Positions 51,181 through 64,000 of a stretch of 64,000 bases of DNA are shown one piece after another. Within the stretch, counting starts at the first letter, position 1. Every line of letters starts with the position of its first letter. The position numbers and the translations under genes were made by a program. Location: NCBI GenBank assembly GCA_030704615.1, contig CM060733.1, positions 55,986,001 through 56,050,000 on the forward strand, given 5' to 3'. Under the pieces are notes generated by a model. That model saw nothing but the letters and a program-made list of their open reading frames with translations. It did no database searches and had not been told where the DNA came from. Source of the stretch: Takakia lepidozioides (lineage: Eukaryota > Plantae > Bryophyta).

Positions 51181-54100
51181 GGGTTGGGGGTGGTCTTTGG
51201 AAGGACACACAAAGTTGTGTCCGTGGAGCAGGCAGGTGGCTGCAGGTGCAAGGACTGCATATGAAAACACATTCCAGGTCTGAAATCTGATGATAGGGTA
51301 TCTTTTTGTGTTGGGGTAACCTCAGATTGCAGCTGTTCAAGAATCGCAAGCCGCATGTCACTCCTGAATGGCAGCAGAGGCTTCCAGAGTTTGTGAAGCG
51401 ATTGGAAGAGGCATTGTACCGGAATGCCACCAGCAAGGTATGCCCCCTTGAAATGCACAGGAAGCAAACCCAGGGTTTTAGCAGGTCTGATATGTGGGTG
51501 GCTTAGGGTCTCTGAATTGTCCTAATGAAAGATGTGGTGCTGGGTTGAGCAAGGCTGGACAATGCCAGCTATGTCAATTTTATTCTGTTTACCCAGGTTT
51601 TGCATTGATCTGCATCATGTATGCCACAGTCTGGCTGTTGTAATGTGTTTGACATCAAAATGTTGGGTGCTGTAGGAGGAGTATGCAGACCCCAATACAT
51701 TGGAGCAGCGACTGCAATCGGTGGCAAGGCGTATGACAAAGCCCCAACATTCATCTCAGGTGGGCTCCACCGCAGGTGCGGGTACAATGATTCCTACACC
51801 AGGAGCAGCATCGAATATGATCCCAACACCTGGCAATGGAAGCAACATGATGGCAGTGCCAGGTGGGAGCACCATGATGCCGACACCAGGTGGTGTGAAC
51901 ACCATGATGCACCCTGGTTCTGGGGGAGGTTTGAGCAGCATGATGCCCACATCCGGGAATGGGAATAGCATGATGAATGCTATGGCTCATGGCGGAACCA
52001 TGATACCAACACCTGGGACCATAAACAGCATGATGCCGACACCTGGGCATCCCAGCAACATGTTTGGCTTACCTGGAAGCAACTCCTCGAATCCACTAGT
52101 CACCCAGCAGACATTGGGTAGTATGCGGATGGCTCAAAACGGGCATGTTGCCTCCAGCATGGGCATGCTGGTGGGGAGCCAAATGATCCCCACACCAGGC
52201 CTCAATACAACGCAGGGCATGGGCATGACCCCTGCATCCTCAACTGGCTTGGGTGTTCCCAATATGGGGGTGGTAGCGTCAACACAAATGCCACCTTTTG
52301 GGGCTGGAGCTACCAGCCACGTTTACCGAGGCTTGAATGGGCAGATAGGTGGAAGCCTCAATACTGGCATGCAGCCCAGGAAAAGCACGTCCATGGGAAT
52401 GGTCAATGGAGGCCTTAGCAATGGAATGATGGTGGGTAATGGGCAGCACATGATGAATGGAACTGCCAATTTGCATGGTCCTTCGGCTTACCTCAATCCA
52501 TCACAGTACTCTAACTTGCAAGTGCAGCATCAACAACGCCTGACTCAGCAGCAACGTCCCCCACATCACATGCGCATGCAGCGTATATCTCTTCCCCCAT
52601 TCTCCTGCCCTTTTAAATACAAGCAGTGGTAATTGCCGCTCAAATGAGGGACTTCTTTTGCTGTTAGAAGCTTGAGCAAAGTGGCTTTCTTAATTTTTCA
52701 TCATCTGCCCGTCCATCCATCTGTTTTTGTCACTACAAAGTCCATTGGTATTTGGACTACTGGCATGTTGTCCGTTCCAAGCTTATTGAGGTATTCTGCC
52801 TGGACCAATCATTTATAAAAGCGCCTCAAGTGCATGGCTGTGGGATGGTAGGCAAGGATCTCACTGCCTTTTGTTGGCTCTTGTGCCGCTGGTGTGGTAG
52901 TTCCAACCTGGCTGTGCTTTCCTCGGCGGGTTTAGGGGGTAGGTCTCACATTGGAAGGTGCATGGTGTCTGATGCTTACCTTTAAAAGGATAGAAACCTC
53001 CACAACTTCCGGAAGCATAAATGTTTTCCTCAATCCCAGGGCATGAGGAAGTAGTGTCTAAGGGAGCAGGTGGGAGGGTGGTGTTGGAGTAGTGATCGGC
53101 ATGTGGAAGAAGACAGTGACAAGCCTGTGGACTATGGCATGCAAGTGAGGTTTGACAAAGAAACGCAGAAATATATCATACTATTCATGAAGCTTAACTA
53201 ATGTAACTGGAATGTTAACATGCAGCAACCCTGCCAAACCCGTTGGCACCCATGGCAGGCGATGGCTATGCCATGAATGCAGCGGACCTTGCGGGATCAG
53301 GGAGCTTGTATCCTTCTGTGACGTCAGGTGGGCTAGCAGGGAACAACTTGGGCATTGGTTCGTTGGGGTCTCAATCTTCGAAGATGATTCCTGTGCCTGG
53401 GTTGCCATCGCAACCTCAGCAGCATATGCACCAGTCAAACCAGGTGCAGCAGCAGATGCAGCGCTCTGGTCTTCAGCAAAATACTTCAATGTTGGCAAGG
53501 GGCCAGCACCAGCTTCAGTCACCACAGCACCAACAGGTCCTGCTTTCAAAAAATCAAGGGATATACCAATCCCAGCAATCTACGGGTCTTGGTGCACAGA
53601 AACAGCAAGGGGTCAGTATGGAGCGCTGTGTGGCTCCTTTTGTCTTTTATATATTCAAGCTAAAGTTTACTCATTTTCTTGATTGATTGTAAGCATATTT
53701 TGGCACCACTTTTGTACATGGTTGATGTCTATCCTTGCAGATGCTTAGATTTTGTCTTCTTGTCTGTCAGTTGTTGGGAGACGTTGGGTGGTTCTAGATC
53801 TCTGCTGAGGCATTCCCAGGTTCCCTTGTTATTTATTGTTATGTAATGCATTTGCATGGGATCCAGCATGTGTAGTTTTGGCTGCTAAAGATAGGGCTTG
53901 AGTGTCTTGCATGCTTAACTGGCATTGTGTATCTTGACCAATTGTCTCACTTGTCTTGAAGATCTCTTCAGTAACCATTCACTTTCAGGGTTAGCCTCTG
54001 TATCCTCTGGCAGATTTCCTATTTGCGGTGAGAAGAAGACCCCTAGTTATAACCCTGGTGTGAGGCTACCTTTAGTAATGCTACTACTTGAGCCATCATA

Positions 54101-57100
54101 CCACACCTTTGTGCTAGTGGCTGGAAGTTCTGGTAATTTTGTTTTAAAAATTCAGTGAAACATTTAATGCAGCATGACCAGACACATCAGCTATCCATGC
54201 CTTTGCCGATGCAGCAGGCAACATCTGATTCCCAGCAGTTGCAACTCCCACCACAGCAAAGCGTTCAACAGTTATCGTCCCTCCAGCAGCAGCAGCGACA
54301 GGAACAGCAGCAGATGCGGCAGCAGCAGCAGCAACAACAACAACAACAACAGCAGCAGCAACAGCAGGTTAGAGAGAATGTTCTTGTGTCCATGATCCCT
54401 GTGCGGGTGATGAGTGATTTGAGTAAGGAAATGGAGTGGAGGAGAAGAGAGCAGAATAATCAGTAACCATTTCTGGGGTTTCTCTTCAGTACGTGATATA
54501 ATCTAGTTATGATTCCGGGATCTGCCTCCAGATTTTCTCAAGAAAGCCCTTCAGCAGAGCACCATGTTACTCCTAACAATCCACAGCTTGAGAAAGGCCT
54601 GAAACGTCTTCATCCAACGAAAATAGATTCAGTAGTTATCTGCTGCATCTTAGTGGAGAAAGCCTTGAGTTTAGCGAACTTGCTGTACAGCATTCAAAGC
54701 ACTGTTTTCTAGCATCGCATATGAAATAGGTGCATGGGTTCTATTTGCCAGCTGGGTAAGCGTGCTTTTCAGAGGTGAGGATTCTTCATTTGATCTTCCT
54801 GGCAGTGGGAGGACCTCCAAGATATTTGGTTGATCATCCTCTTTTCTCTGCATAAGATGGGATTGTTATGGAGCAGGTTTGCACTGCTCTTATGAGAGAG
54901 AGAGAGAGAGAATGTACTCATGCCATTCCTTGCGCCTTACGGCCATCGACCCGGTGGGAAACTAACTCTCCCGGAGCCTTTTGGTGGGGTTCGCACCCAC
55001 TAGGGTTTTGCTTATCCCCGCAGCTCAGCTGCAGATATAAACTTGTTTTCCGGCAGCTGCCATTAAGATGCTCACGGAGGCACTTCAGATCTTCCCTAAG
55101 GAGGACTCACAAAGGAGGCCTGGGTAGGTGAGCCCTTCTTAAGGATGATCTATCTGGAAGCCCTTAAGGAGGCCTTGGTAGGCCCTTCAGATCATCCTTA
55201 AGGTCTCCACCCATGTCACAAACTGGAAACAAGTTCGGAGCCAGGAGAGAGAGGCCCTCTATGTTCAGAACTTCTCTAATGACGATTCGAATCCAACAGG
55301 TGTCGCAATCTCCGCGGCCGCAACAAGCAGCATTCCAGCAACAGATCTCACGGCAGTTGAAGCCTGGCTCACAGGGCCCAATGCACCAACAGTCGCGACA
55401 AGGACAGCAGCAACTGCGACCCTTTGGACAGATGCCACCGCAGCCGCAATCCCAGTCCCTGGTACCACAACAGGTGCAGCGACAACCTGTGCAACCATTG
55501 CAGCAAAGCATGCCTGAACCTTTGGTCCAGCAACAGCAACAGCACCAGCAACAGCAACAACCACCACCGCAGACCCAATTGCAGGCTGTTGGCAACCAAC
55601 AGGGGCAGGCCCCACAACAGCACCGCCAGGGGGCAGCCAATGGGTCAGCTCTGTCACCACCAATGATGCAAAGTGCGGCACGTCTGATGAGCACTTCAAA
55701 TGGGAGTTCATCAGGTGGAGCAGGTGGATCTAGTGGGGTGGGCTCAGATGCACAGCGACAGCAGCAGTATGTCAAGCAGCAGAGGTGGCTGCTATTTTTG
55801 CGCCATGCTAGCAAGTGTGCTGCCCCTGATGGTCAGTGCCAGACTACCCCGCACTGCCACATGGCCCGCCAGCTTTTTGCACATATACAAAATTGCCATA
55901 ACCGGGATTGCACATACAATCGGTGCCAGGCTTCTCGCACTCTTATCACTCACCACCAGCAATGCCGCGACATACGGTGCCCAGTGTGTGGACCGGTACG
56001 GCAGGTCATCAACCAGCAACGTATGTCTCAATGCCAACAGCAGGGGCCTGGAGCTCCTGCAACCTCTGTTGCACCAACCAATAATGTTTTATCCCCAGGT
56101 GGTTCTGCACCCGGGATGGCGGCATCCCCACCTGGGGGTGCACTTCCTGAAGAAGTGGAACCCCCAGCAAAACGTGTGAAAACAGAGCCTCTTAGTGGTA
56201 GTGCTGGTGTGCCATTTCCTCAACCAATCAGTGCTACTGCACCTGACAAGGGGTCTACCCCGACATCCCTCCATTCGCAGATACCATCTCGCCCGCAATC
56301 CTTGGGCAAATTGGATACACCAGTTCATGTGAAGTCAGAGATTAATGTTTCTGGAACTTTACAAGTGAAGATAGAGTCACATCTCAATGTCTCAGGAGGG
56401 GCACCACTACCGCGGCATGGCCTGGTGAAAACGGAGGTGTCTAGTGAGGTTAAGGTGGAGGCCTCAACTGCTGTTGCTGTTAAGACTGAGTACAGTGGTG
56501 GGGCTACTGTAGTTAGTACCCAAGTAAAGCCAGAACCTGCCAGTATGGGGGGGGGTGTGGCTGGCCCGGTTACTGTGATGTCAAAATCCGGGAAGCCAAA
56601 GTTGGTGGGTACATCCTTAACAGAGCTTTTCACCCCAGAGCAGATCAGGGAGCACATCACCGGCCTGCGTCAATGGGTGGGCCAGGTACTACTTCCAGGT
56701 CCTTCTCCCCTTTGTCCTCTGGGTAAGTCCGCTTTTAGATATGTATCTTCTAGTTGGAGCTCCTACAAAGGAGGGGTGGAGTGGGAATCATGGACCAGAA
56801 CAAGTATCCTAACTGGGTCCTAACATTGAATTTCACTGCAGGTTTGGTCATCTACTAGATTACGCTAATGGCGGAATGCGGCTATATGTATGTTCTTTTA
56901 ATGTTCTCACGTCCCTGGTGCAGAGCAAAGCTAAGGCAGAAAAGAATCAAGCAATGGAGCATGCAATGAGTGAGAATGCATGCCGGTTGTGTGCTGTTGA
57001 GAAGCTTACATTTGAGCCGCCTCCCATCTATTGCACGGCGTGTGGGGCCCGTATCAAGCGCAATGCTCTTTATTACACCACAGGGTCAGGCGAAACCCGC

Positions 57101-60100
57101 CATTACTTTTGCATACCTTGCTACAATGATGTGCGCACGGAGAATGTTGAGATGGAGGGTTTGACTTATCCAAAGACAAAACTGGAGAAACGGAAAAATG
57201 ATGAAGAGACAGAGGAAGCGGTAGGCTCTTTGTATTCAGCTTACATTGCCCCTTTCCTTTCCCTTGTCATTCCATGTACAGCACCAACCAATCTCCTGAT
57301 AGCTGCTTCAGAAGTGATTGGGACGGAAATGTGTGTGTGGATGCTAGAGTTAACAGCAGGGATTGTTGGCAATGGTTGGTATACAAATTTATCCCCACCA
57401 GTGCCAAGTTTGTATCTGACTTCGTTGTGTTTGCGGGGAGGTTGGCAGTGGGTACAATGCGACAAGTGTGAGTTGTGGCAGCATCAGGTGTGCGCACTGT
57501 TCAATGGCCGCCGGAATGAAGGAGATAATGCTGAGTATACATGCCCGCAATGTTGTATGGAGGAAATGGAGAAGGATGAGCGGAAATCTTTACCCCCTTC
57601 TGCAGTTCTGGGTGCTAAGGATTTACCCAAAACCTTCCTGAGTGACCATTTGGAGCAGCGGCTGGCACGCAAGCTTAAACAAGAACGCAGTGAGCGGGCA
57701 AGGGCTCAGAGCAAAAGCTTTGATGAAGTAATTCCCACTTTTTCCAGTTTGATGTTGACTAGATACTTATTCTTTCCCATTACCCTTTTTCTTGGTTGTT
57801 AAGTTGGCGAGAATTGTTTACTAGTTGCTAGTTGTTCAGTTTCTGGTAGCTGACAATGTGGTCAAGTTTTGTTTTCTTGCTTCGAATAGGTGAATGCAAG
57901 TATATTTGGCAGAGGTTAAGCCAATTTTACTGGGTTGATGCAAAAGAGATAATGGGTTTTTCTATTTCTATACAGGTGCCTGGAGCAGAGGCTCTTGTTG
58001 TCAGAGTTGTATCCTCTGTAGACAAGAAGTTGGAGGTGAAGCAGCGGTTTTTGGAAGTATTTCAGGAAGAGGATTATCCAACTGAGTTCCCCTATAAATC
58101 CAAGGTACATTTGTCTTCTTTGCAAAAGATGATTTTGTCTAGGAGATTTAATCGTTGTTGTGAGTTTGTGCAGGGTTATGTTTGACTTGAGACTCTGCAT
58201 AGCTTGAATCTATTGAATCATATTCCTTAAGCAAGCATTGCCAACATCGCTGATAGGCCAATCATGAAAACTTTTAAGGGCATTGACATACAGTTTCCAG
58301 CAGTTCTGTTTTTTGAGGTCCGCATATAGTTTTGGATCTAGCTACTCAATCTCTGATTATCACATGTAAGGTTGGTCTCTAACCAGAGTTGTACTGGGTT
58401 CTGCAGGTTGTGTTACTTTTTCAGAAGATAGAAGGAGTGGAAGTCTGTTTGTTTGGCATGTATGTCCAGGAATTTGGGATGGAATGCTCCCATCCCAACC
58501 AGCGGCGGGTGTATTTGTCATACCTGGATTCAGTCAAGTACTTCCGGCCAGATGTTAAAACTGTCAATGGCGAGGCTTTGCGCACTTTTGTTTACCATGA
58601 AATCCTGGTGACTCTCTCTCTCTCTCTCTCGTGATTTTTTCAAGGTAAGCCTTACTACCGACGTCAGCCCCTGACAAAGGTAGGTTCTGTCCCTTTGCGC
58701 GGGGTCAATGGCCGCAAGGCTACAGCAAACAACGTCTTATGAGGACATTCTCTCGTGTGTTCGGGTCATATAATGTTTTCTGTAGTTGGTTCTTGTGTCA
58801 GCCATGAGCCTTGGGGTCCCCTGTGGATGCTATGAAAATTGTTTCTCTTACTCTCTTGCCCTGTGCACGTATAGGCTGTAAGAGATATGATCCTGCTACC
58901 TGAGCTGCCTGTGGTGGCTGTCCTGGTCCTCCTCACTTGCAGCCACAGCTTTCTGCTGGGCCATGATATTCTCAGCTTGCCCCTCTCTTGACTCCCAGTC
59001 TTCTCAAAAGCTTTTCTGTACGTCCCTCAGGCTTTCTACATAGGGATGAGAATGACTTCCTCCTCTCCATACATGGAGATGAATGTGAATGCTTGCTGCT
59101 TTACACAAGGAGATGGAATGAGAGTGATTCTTTCTCGCCACACACATAGATGAAATGAGAGTGCAGCCTGATTTTGGAACTTTAGAGAGTTCCTCTTTCC
59201 CCCGATAGCAGTGAGGAAGCCAGGCACATGGAAGAGAGCGTATTCTTACCTCAAGTTCCCGGTATGAAAGGGAGTGGCACTCAGCAGCTCAGGTGGTTTG
59301 GAAACTCAGTTTTAAGAACAGCTTTCATGAGAGCTGCAAACATAGCAGGTGGGCTCACCACAGCTAAGAGGTCTATGTATATGTAGTTCCAGGCCTTTGG
59401 TAGTAGAATTTTTGGGAGTAGAATACTGAGTTCTGTGGAGATTGAGCAGTAAGTTTTGTGTTTTTAGTTTCAAGATCAGTACAAGTTGACATCGTGGTCT
59501 CAGAAATAGATGCCTTGGTGGTTTGCTGTAGATTGGATATCTGGATTACTGTCGGAAGCGAGGATTTAGCAGTTGCTACATCTGGGCATGCCCTCCTCTC
59601 AAAGGAGAGGACTACATTCTCTACTGCCATCCAGAGATTCAGAAGACCCCCAAGTCTGACAAGCTGCGGGACTGGTATTTGACGATGCTACGGAAGGCTA
59701 CTAGCGACAACATTGTAGTGGAAATTACGAATCTGTATGATTACTTTTTCGTGTCAGCAGGCGAGTGCAAGGCTAAGGTGAGTCCTAACTCAACTTGTAA
59801 CACTCAGATCTGTTGGACAGTGCTCATGTCAATCTAATGTTTACTTTGCAATTGAGGTTGAATATTGATCGAACTTGGAGGAACAAGTAGACCAGACAAA
59901 AACATATGATAGTGGTGAAGTACATCTGGTTTCTTTTTGCGAGACTAAATTACATAAATTGGCAGGCAAGAGTGTAGGGGCCTTCTAGGCAAGGAGGGGT
60001 TTGGAAGATTACTGGTAGTATTTTTCTCATGTCTTTACTTCATTCTAGTTAGTGAGTGTTGGCGAGACAGCAAGTTTTACGAGATGATGCTGGAAGCAAT

Positions 60101-62910
60101 GCAAGATGCCTGCTCACATGTTGTCCTACTCCGCTTGATATGTTCTCAGGTCACCGCGGCACGATTGCCCTACTTCGATGGGGACTATTGGCCTGGGGCT
60201 GCAGAGGACATGATAGTGCAGCTGCAGCAGGAGGAGGATGGCCGTAAGAATGCCTTGAAGAAAGGCAAGACTAAACAGAAAGCATCCACAAAGCGTGCCT
60301 CCAAGGCAGCGGCTCAAGCAGAGATGGCTAGCAATGCCTCTAAAGATACACAGCTTATGTACAAGGCATGTCTCTCTCTCTCCCTCCGCCCCAAACCCTG
60401 GTGTGTGCAAACCCCACAAAAGGCTCGACGAGGGCTAGTTTCCCACGGGGTTGATGGCCGTAAGGCTATGGCAAGCCAACGGTTGCAGGGAACGGCATGT
60501 TCATTTTCTCTCCACCCCACCCTTTTAGTATGTTTACCTTGATTTTTGTGCTCTCTGTAGATACCCTACACATAATCATAGACCTGACATTGTGAGTTCT
60601 GGTTGGGGTGTTGATGCAGCTAGGGGAGTCGATATTCCCAATGAAAGAGGACTTCATCATGGTGCATATGCACCATGCATGCTCCCACTGCCGCCTGTTC
60701 ATTGTTGGCGGCCGTCGTTGGGTGTGCAAGCTTTGCAAGCATTTCCAGCTCTGTGACCGGTACGCTATCGGCTATATATTTTATATCTGATAGTTTGAAG
60801 TAGATCAGGTGTACCGTTCACACTTCACACCTGTGTACACTTCACACATCATGTCAAATGGCGATGGAGGTAACCAGTACTTAGAAGATGCTGGGATGCC
60901 CAAGTAGGCCAAATTTCATTGAGTGGGCACAGCAGTAGCATCACCCCTTGCAAACATCTAGTACAGTTTCTTTGCATTTGCTAACAAACTTCCAGACTTT
61001 TTTGTTGTAGAAGTTAGGGTTCGTAATGGTTTAGGATGGCATCAGAGTTCCTGGAGTTGTAGCTTGTATTGTTTTGGCCAGTGCATTTTGGTAATGTGGT
61101 AGAAATATGGCTGGCAGCTTATTCTGCCTTTCTTGCACATGGAGGAGTTGACCTCATAAGCTAGGGTTTGCTGACAAGTTCAGGCAGTTCTGTACCTTCG
61201 ATATTCTCGCTGACCAGACTAAGCATGACATTCTACTGTAGGCTAGGTCTTCTTACGAGTGTGATGATCCGGGTTCCACAGATGTCATGAAGCAGAAGAG
61301 AAGCTGGATGAAAGAGATAGGCATCCCATCAACAATAAAGACGTTCATACTCTCCAACCGGTATAAGGCCATCCTGCAACTGCTATCACATGGATTTGCT
61401 GACGGCGTATTGTATCTGTAGGCATAAAGTCCTGCTTGAGGCTCCTCTTTCACATTGTGTAGTGTGCCATTTGGTGGTCTAGAGTTTGGGTGATGCAGTA
61501 TTGCTGCAGCAAAAATCAAGCAATTCTAAGTTTTGTTAATTTGGAAGACCTTTTACAACTATTTCACCTTGTACTGTAGAATGGTGATACACAAGACATT
61601 CAGATTGTTCGCCTGTGACTGATGTTGGCTGTTGTATTCTGTAGTCACCTTAATAATTGTCACCTTCACCACTTTCTCAACATCTGCTTAACTGTTTGGA
61701 TTGGGGATTGTGAGGTGCAGGTTGATGTGGGTGATGTGCCCGGGGACACAAAGGACAAGGATGAGATAATGGAGAGCGAATTTTTTGACACCCGGCAAGC
61801 CTTCTTGAGTCTGTGTCAAGGCAATCATTACCAATATGACACGCTGCGACGTGCCAAACACTCTTCGATGATGGTGCTATACCACCTGCATAATCCCACT
61901 GCGCCTGCATTTGTGGTGACTTGCAATGTATGTCACCGTGACATTGAAACAGGCCATGGCTGGCGGTGTGAAGTGTGCGCTGATTTTGATCTCTGCAACA
62001 ATTGCAAGGATTCAGCTAACCACCAGCATAATCTCACACCTTTATCTGAGCGCAATGCCCAGAACAAGGAAGCTCGCCAACAGCGTGTCCTACAGGTTAG
62101 CTGCCTTTGCATTCTTGACCTGTTAAGCGTTAACCAGATCAAGAGACGGAAATTTTCTTACGTGTCTTTGCTCCTTTTAACTGCACCTACAGTCTTGTTG
62201 GAACCATGCAAGTTAATGAGGGAATCTTTCGAAATAGCGAGATATATGGTGCTTCTGGCTGAGTTGTGATTGCCTTGCTAGTGAAGGAGTTATGGAGATG
62301 CATATTTGACAGTCGTGGTGATGGTCTTTGGGGGATTACACAAAACAGCTGCGCAAGATGTTGGAGCTACTGGTACACGCATCACAGTGCTGCTCCACGA
62401 CTTGCCAGTACCCCAAATGTCGGAGTGTGAAAGGGCTTTTCCGGCATGGCATGATGTGCAAGACTCGTGCGTCAGGAGGCTGTAGCTTGTGCAAACGAAT
62501 GTGGTACCTTCTCCAGCTCCATGCTCGTGCTTGCAAGGAGTCGGAATGCCGGGTGCCTCGTTGCAAGTATGCCCTCTTCCCCTTGTTCTTGTGTCTGTTG
62601 TATCTCATCACTATGCATCCCATCCAGCTGCCATGAAACCTGTCGCGTCATTATGATATGGCTCAGGGACTGATAAACCCTTGTCTCAATGTATCAATCT
62701 TACCCTGTTGGTATGTGTCTGTTTGATTTTGGTTAGTTTGTGGACCCCGAATGACTCACCATTCTTGGGGATGTCCTGGTTGGCGTTGGCAACAGGGATT
62801 TGAAGGAACATCTCAGGCGGCTCCAGCAACAAATGGAGTCGCGGCGTAGGGCGGCAGTCATGGAAATGATGAGACAGCGTGCGGCTGAAGCTGCTGGAAG
62901 CAATAGCTAG
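49942..62910 (+). CDS. HAC1: CBP/p300-type histone acetyltransferase (HAC1/HAC12-like); exons 49942-50087, 51326-51437, 51676-52582, 53226-53611, 54173-54367, 55300-56685, 56924-57220, 57449-57727, 57976-58104, 58407-58607, 59532-59777, 60150-60365, 60620-60759, 61282-61360, 61721-62095, 62349-62566, 62796-62910
   Basis: KIX-like N-domain ([15 protein letters not shown]|[13 protein letters not shown]), TAZ ([14 protein letters not shown]), PHD ([19 protein letters not shown]), KAT11 core ([43 protein letters not shown]), ZZ fingers and C-terminal TAZ. Boundaries of the Gln-rich exons are less certain. Confidence 0.95.
51104..51177 (+). repeat. (GA)n microsatellite, about 37 units, in HAC intron 1
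   Basis: Uninterrupted GA run. Confidence 0.98.
54908..55010 (-). repeat. Intronic mini-element, copy 1 (inverted relative to the others)
   Basis: Reverse complement aligns with 60389-60508 over about 100 bp; abuts a (GA)n run. Confidence 0.8.
58650..58755 (+). repeat. Intronic mini-element, copy 2 (diverged)
   Basis: GGGGTCAATGGCCGCAAGGCTACAGCAAACAACG...ATGAGGACATTCTCTC matches copy 3; follows a (CT)n run. Confidence 0.6.
60381..60512 (+). repeat. Intronic mini-element, copy 3
   Basis: CCAAACCCTGG...AAACCCCACAAAAGGCTC...TAGTTTCCCACGGGGTTGATGGCCGTAAGGC, flanked by CT repeats. Confidence 0.8.
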
Positions 62911-63823
62911 GCTACTGCCCACGTAACATGCCCATATTTGTGGGAGCTAGACCTAGGCTAAGTTGAGAAGAGTGGGGTGGGGAAAGGGTGATCTTGTTTT
63001 CCGTGAGAGAGGGCTTTGCTAAAGACCTACACTCTGGAAGAGTTAGACATCCCGTACCCAACGGGAGCAGTGCTTTATGTTGCGTGGGTGGTGGTATTTC
63101 TTGACAAGGGAGACACACACCAAAAGAAAAGGATGGGAATCTTTGGCTCTGCCGTGATAGTGGAGAGCCCATTGGGTCATCCTATCCCCACTGTTGGGGA
63201 GAGGGGGACTGCCAAGTCGGGTATTCGCAAGCAAACGGAGGGGTGCCTGTGTTATAGCTTCTGTAAGAAAAGGCAGGGCAGGGGAGGGGTTGGAGTGTTT
63301 TGAAGTGCCTCGCATTATAGTAATTTGTTGAGATAGCAGGTTCACTTGGCTTGGTCACTCTTGATAAACGAAGCGGGCGGCAAGAGGAGGGCCCCGTTAT
63401 TCTTGTAATTGTACCCGGGACAAATGAGTTTGGGTAGATGCCAGGTGTCATGGCAGAGTAAGGCAGGAACGTAGCCACTCTGCGTGGAGCCGGCCGGGAA
63501 TATTGATGTAGAAGAGAGATCCGACAGACAGAGATTCACAGACAGGCCCATTCATTGGCCCTTGATTTGGCGCCCGATATCGGAAACCATTTACGGCGCT
63601 CTCATACAGGCCACAACAGAGCAGAGAGGCCTTGCGCACACTGGCTCCCCTTAGGTGTGTGTGACTTTCCACCTTTTCTGCATTCTTTTCTTTGTTGATG
63701 GCATGTTTGTCCTCTCCTTTCAAGCCTCATAACTGTATCTTGTGAAGAAAGGGAAGGCAGCAGCGTGTGTGGAGATCGATCTGACCTTCGGGTTATCGTC
63801 CTTGCTGCCCTGGCTCTTTCCCT

Positions 63824-63979
63824 TTACTTCTCCTCAATTTTGAAGCCCACTGTCTGCAGGGGGGGCGCCGTTGTCCGCTGTCGAACAAAACAGCTTCGGT
63901 TGGCTGGAAGTGAAGCTGTGGTGTGGGTGAGGTGGATACTAGGAACATCCAAAGCTTCAGGGTTGTCTGGGCCGTCATA
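63824..63979 (-). CDS. Possible terminal exon of a convergent gene extending beyond the window
   Basis: CAG acceptor, then an open phase-0 frame YDGPDNPEALDVPSIHLTH...TVGFKIEEK*; no family recognised. Confidence 0.3.
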   Translation of the reverse strand, partial: YDGPDNPEALDVPSIHLTHTTASLPANRSCFVRQRTTAPPLQTVGFKIEEK

Positions 63980-64000
63980 CTGTATTCATAGAGCTTCCAG

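Noticed and set aside
50962-51467. ORFs with (RE)n or (SL)n runs
   Set aside because: Artefacts of the GA microsatellite.

Overview
Nuclear DNA of a seed-free land plant, probably a bryophyte, lycophyte or fern. The evidence is GT-AG introns, plant-type genes, PLS-class PPR relics and an axonemal gene implying flagellated sperm. There are three blocks. (1) 1-21 kb is gene-dense: prefoldin 4 (-), AP-1 sigma (+), Pin1-type parvulin (+), a plastid Cys-rich protein (-), tRNA-Pro(AGG) and cysteinyl-tRNA synthetase (-). (2) About 21.6-46.5 kb is a transposon/pseudogene island. It holds a LINE, a non-autonomous CACTA with TSD splitting an F-box/LRR relic, an apparently intact single-exon SAXO/FAM154-like axonemal gene, and a PPR relic. 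It also holds a Harbinger relic split by a full-length Galadriel-like chromovirus (723-bp LTRs, TSD CGGGA, extra antisense ORF), an intron-containing rpl32 fragment and a gypsy RT/RNaseH relic. (3) 49.9-62.9 kb is a 17-exon CBP/p300-type histone acetyltransferase gene. The most notable item is not visible in the ORF track: a spliced, decayed gene at 41.2-43.2 kb (-) encoding a bacterial-like beta-class N4-cytosine/N6-adenine DNA methyltransferase. It lies head-to-head with a Cys-rich/SWIM-type transposon gene, and its introns carry a family of hairpins. This looks like the relic of a DNA transposon carrying its own amino-methyltransferase. All calls come from manual translation and motif recognition; no searches were run.
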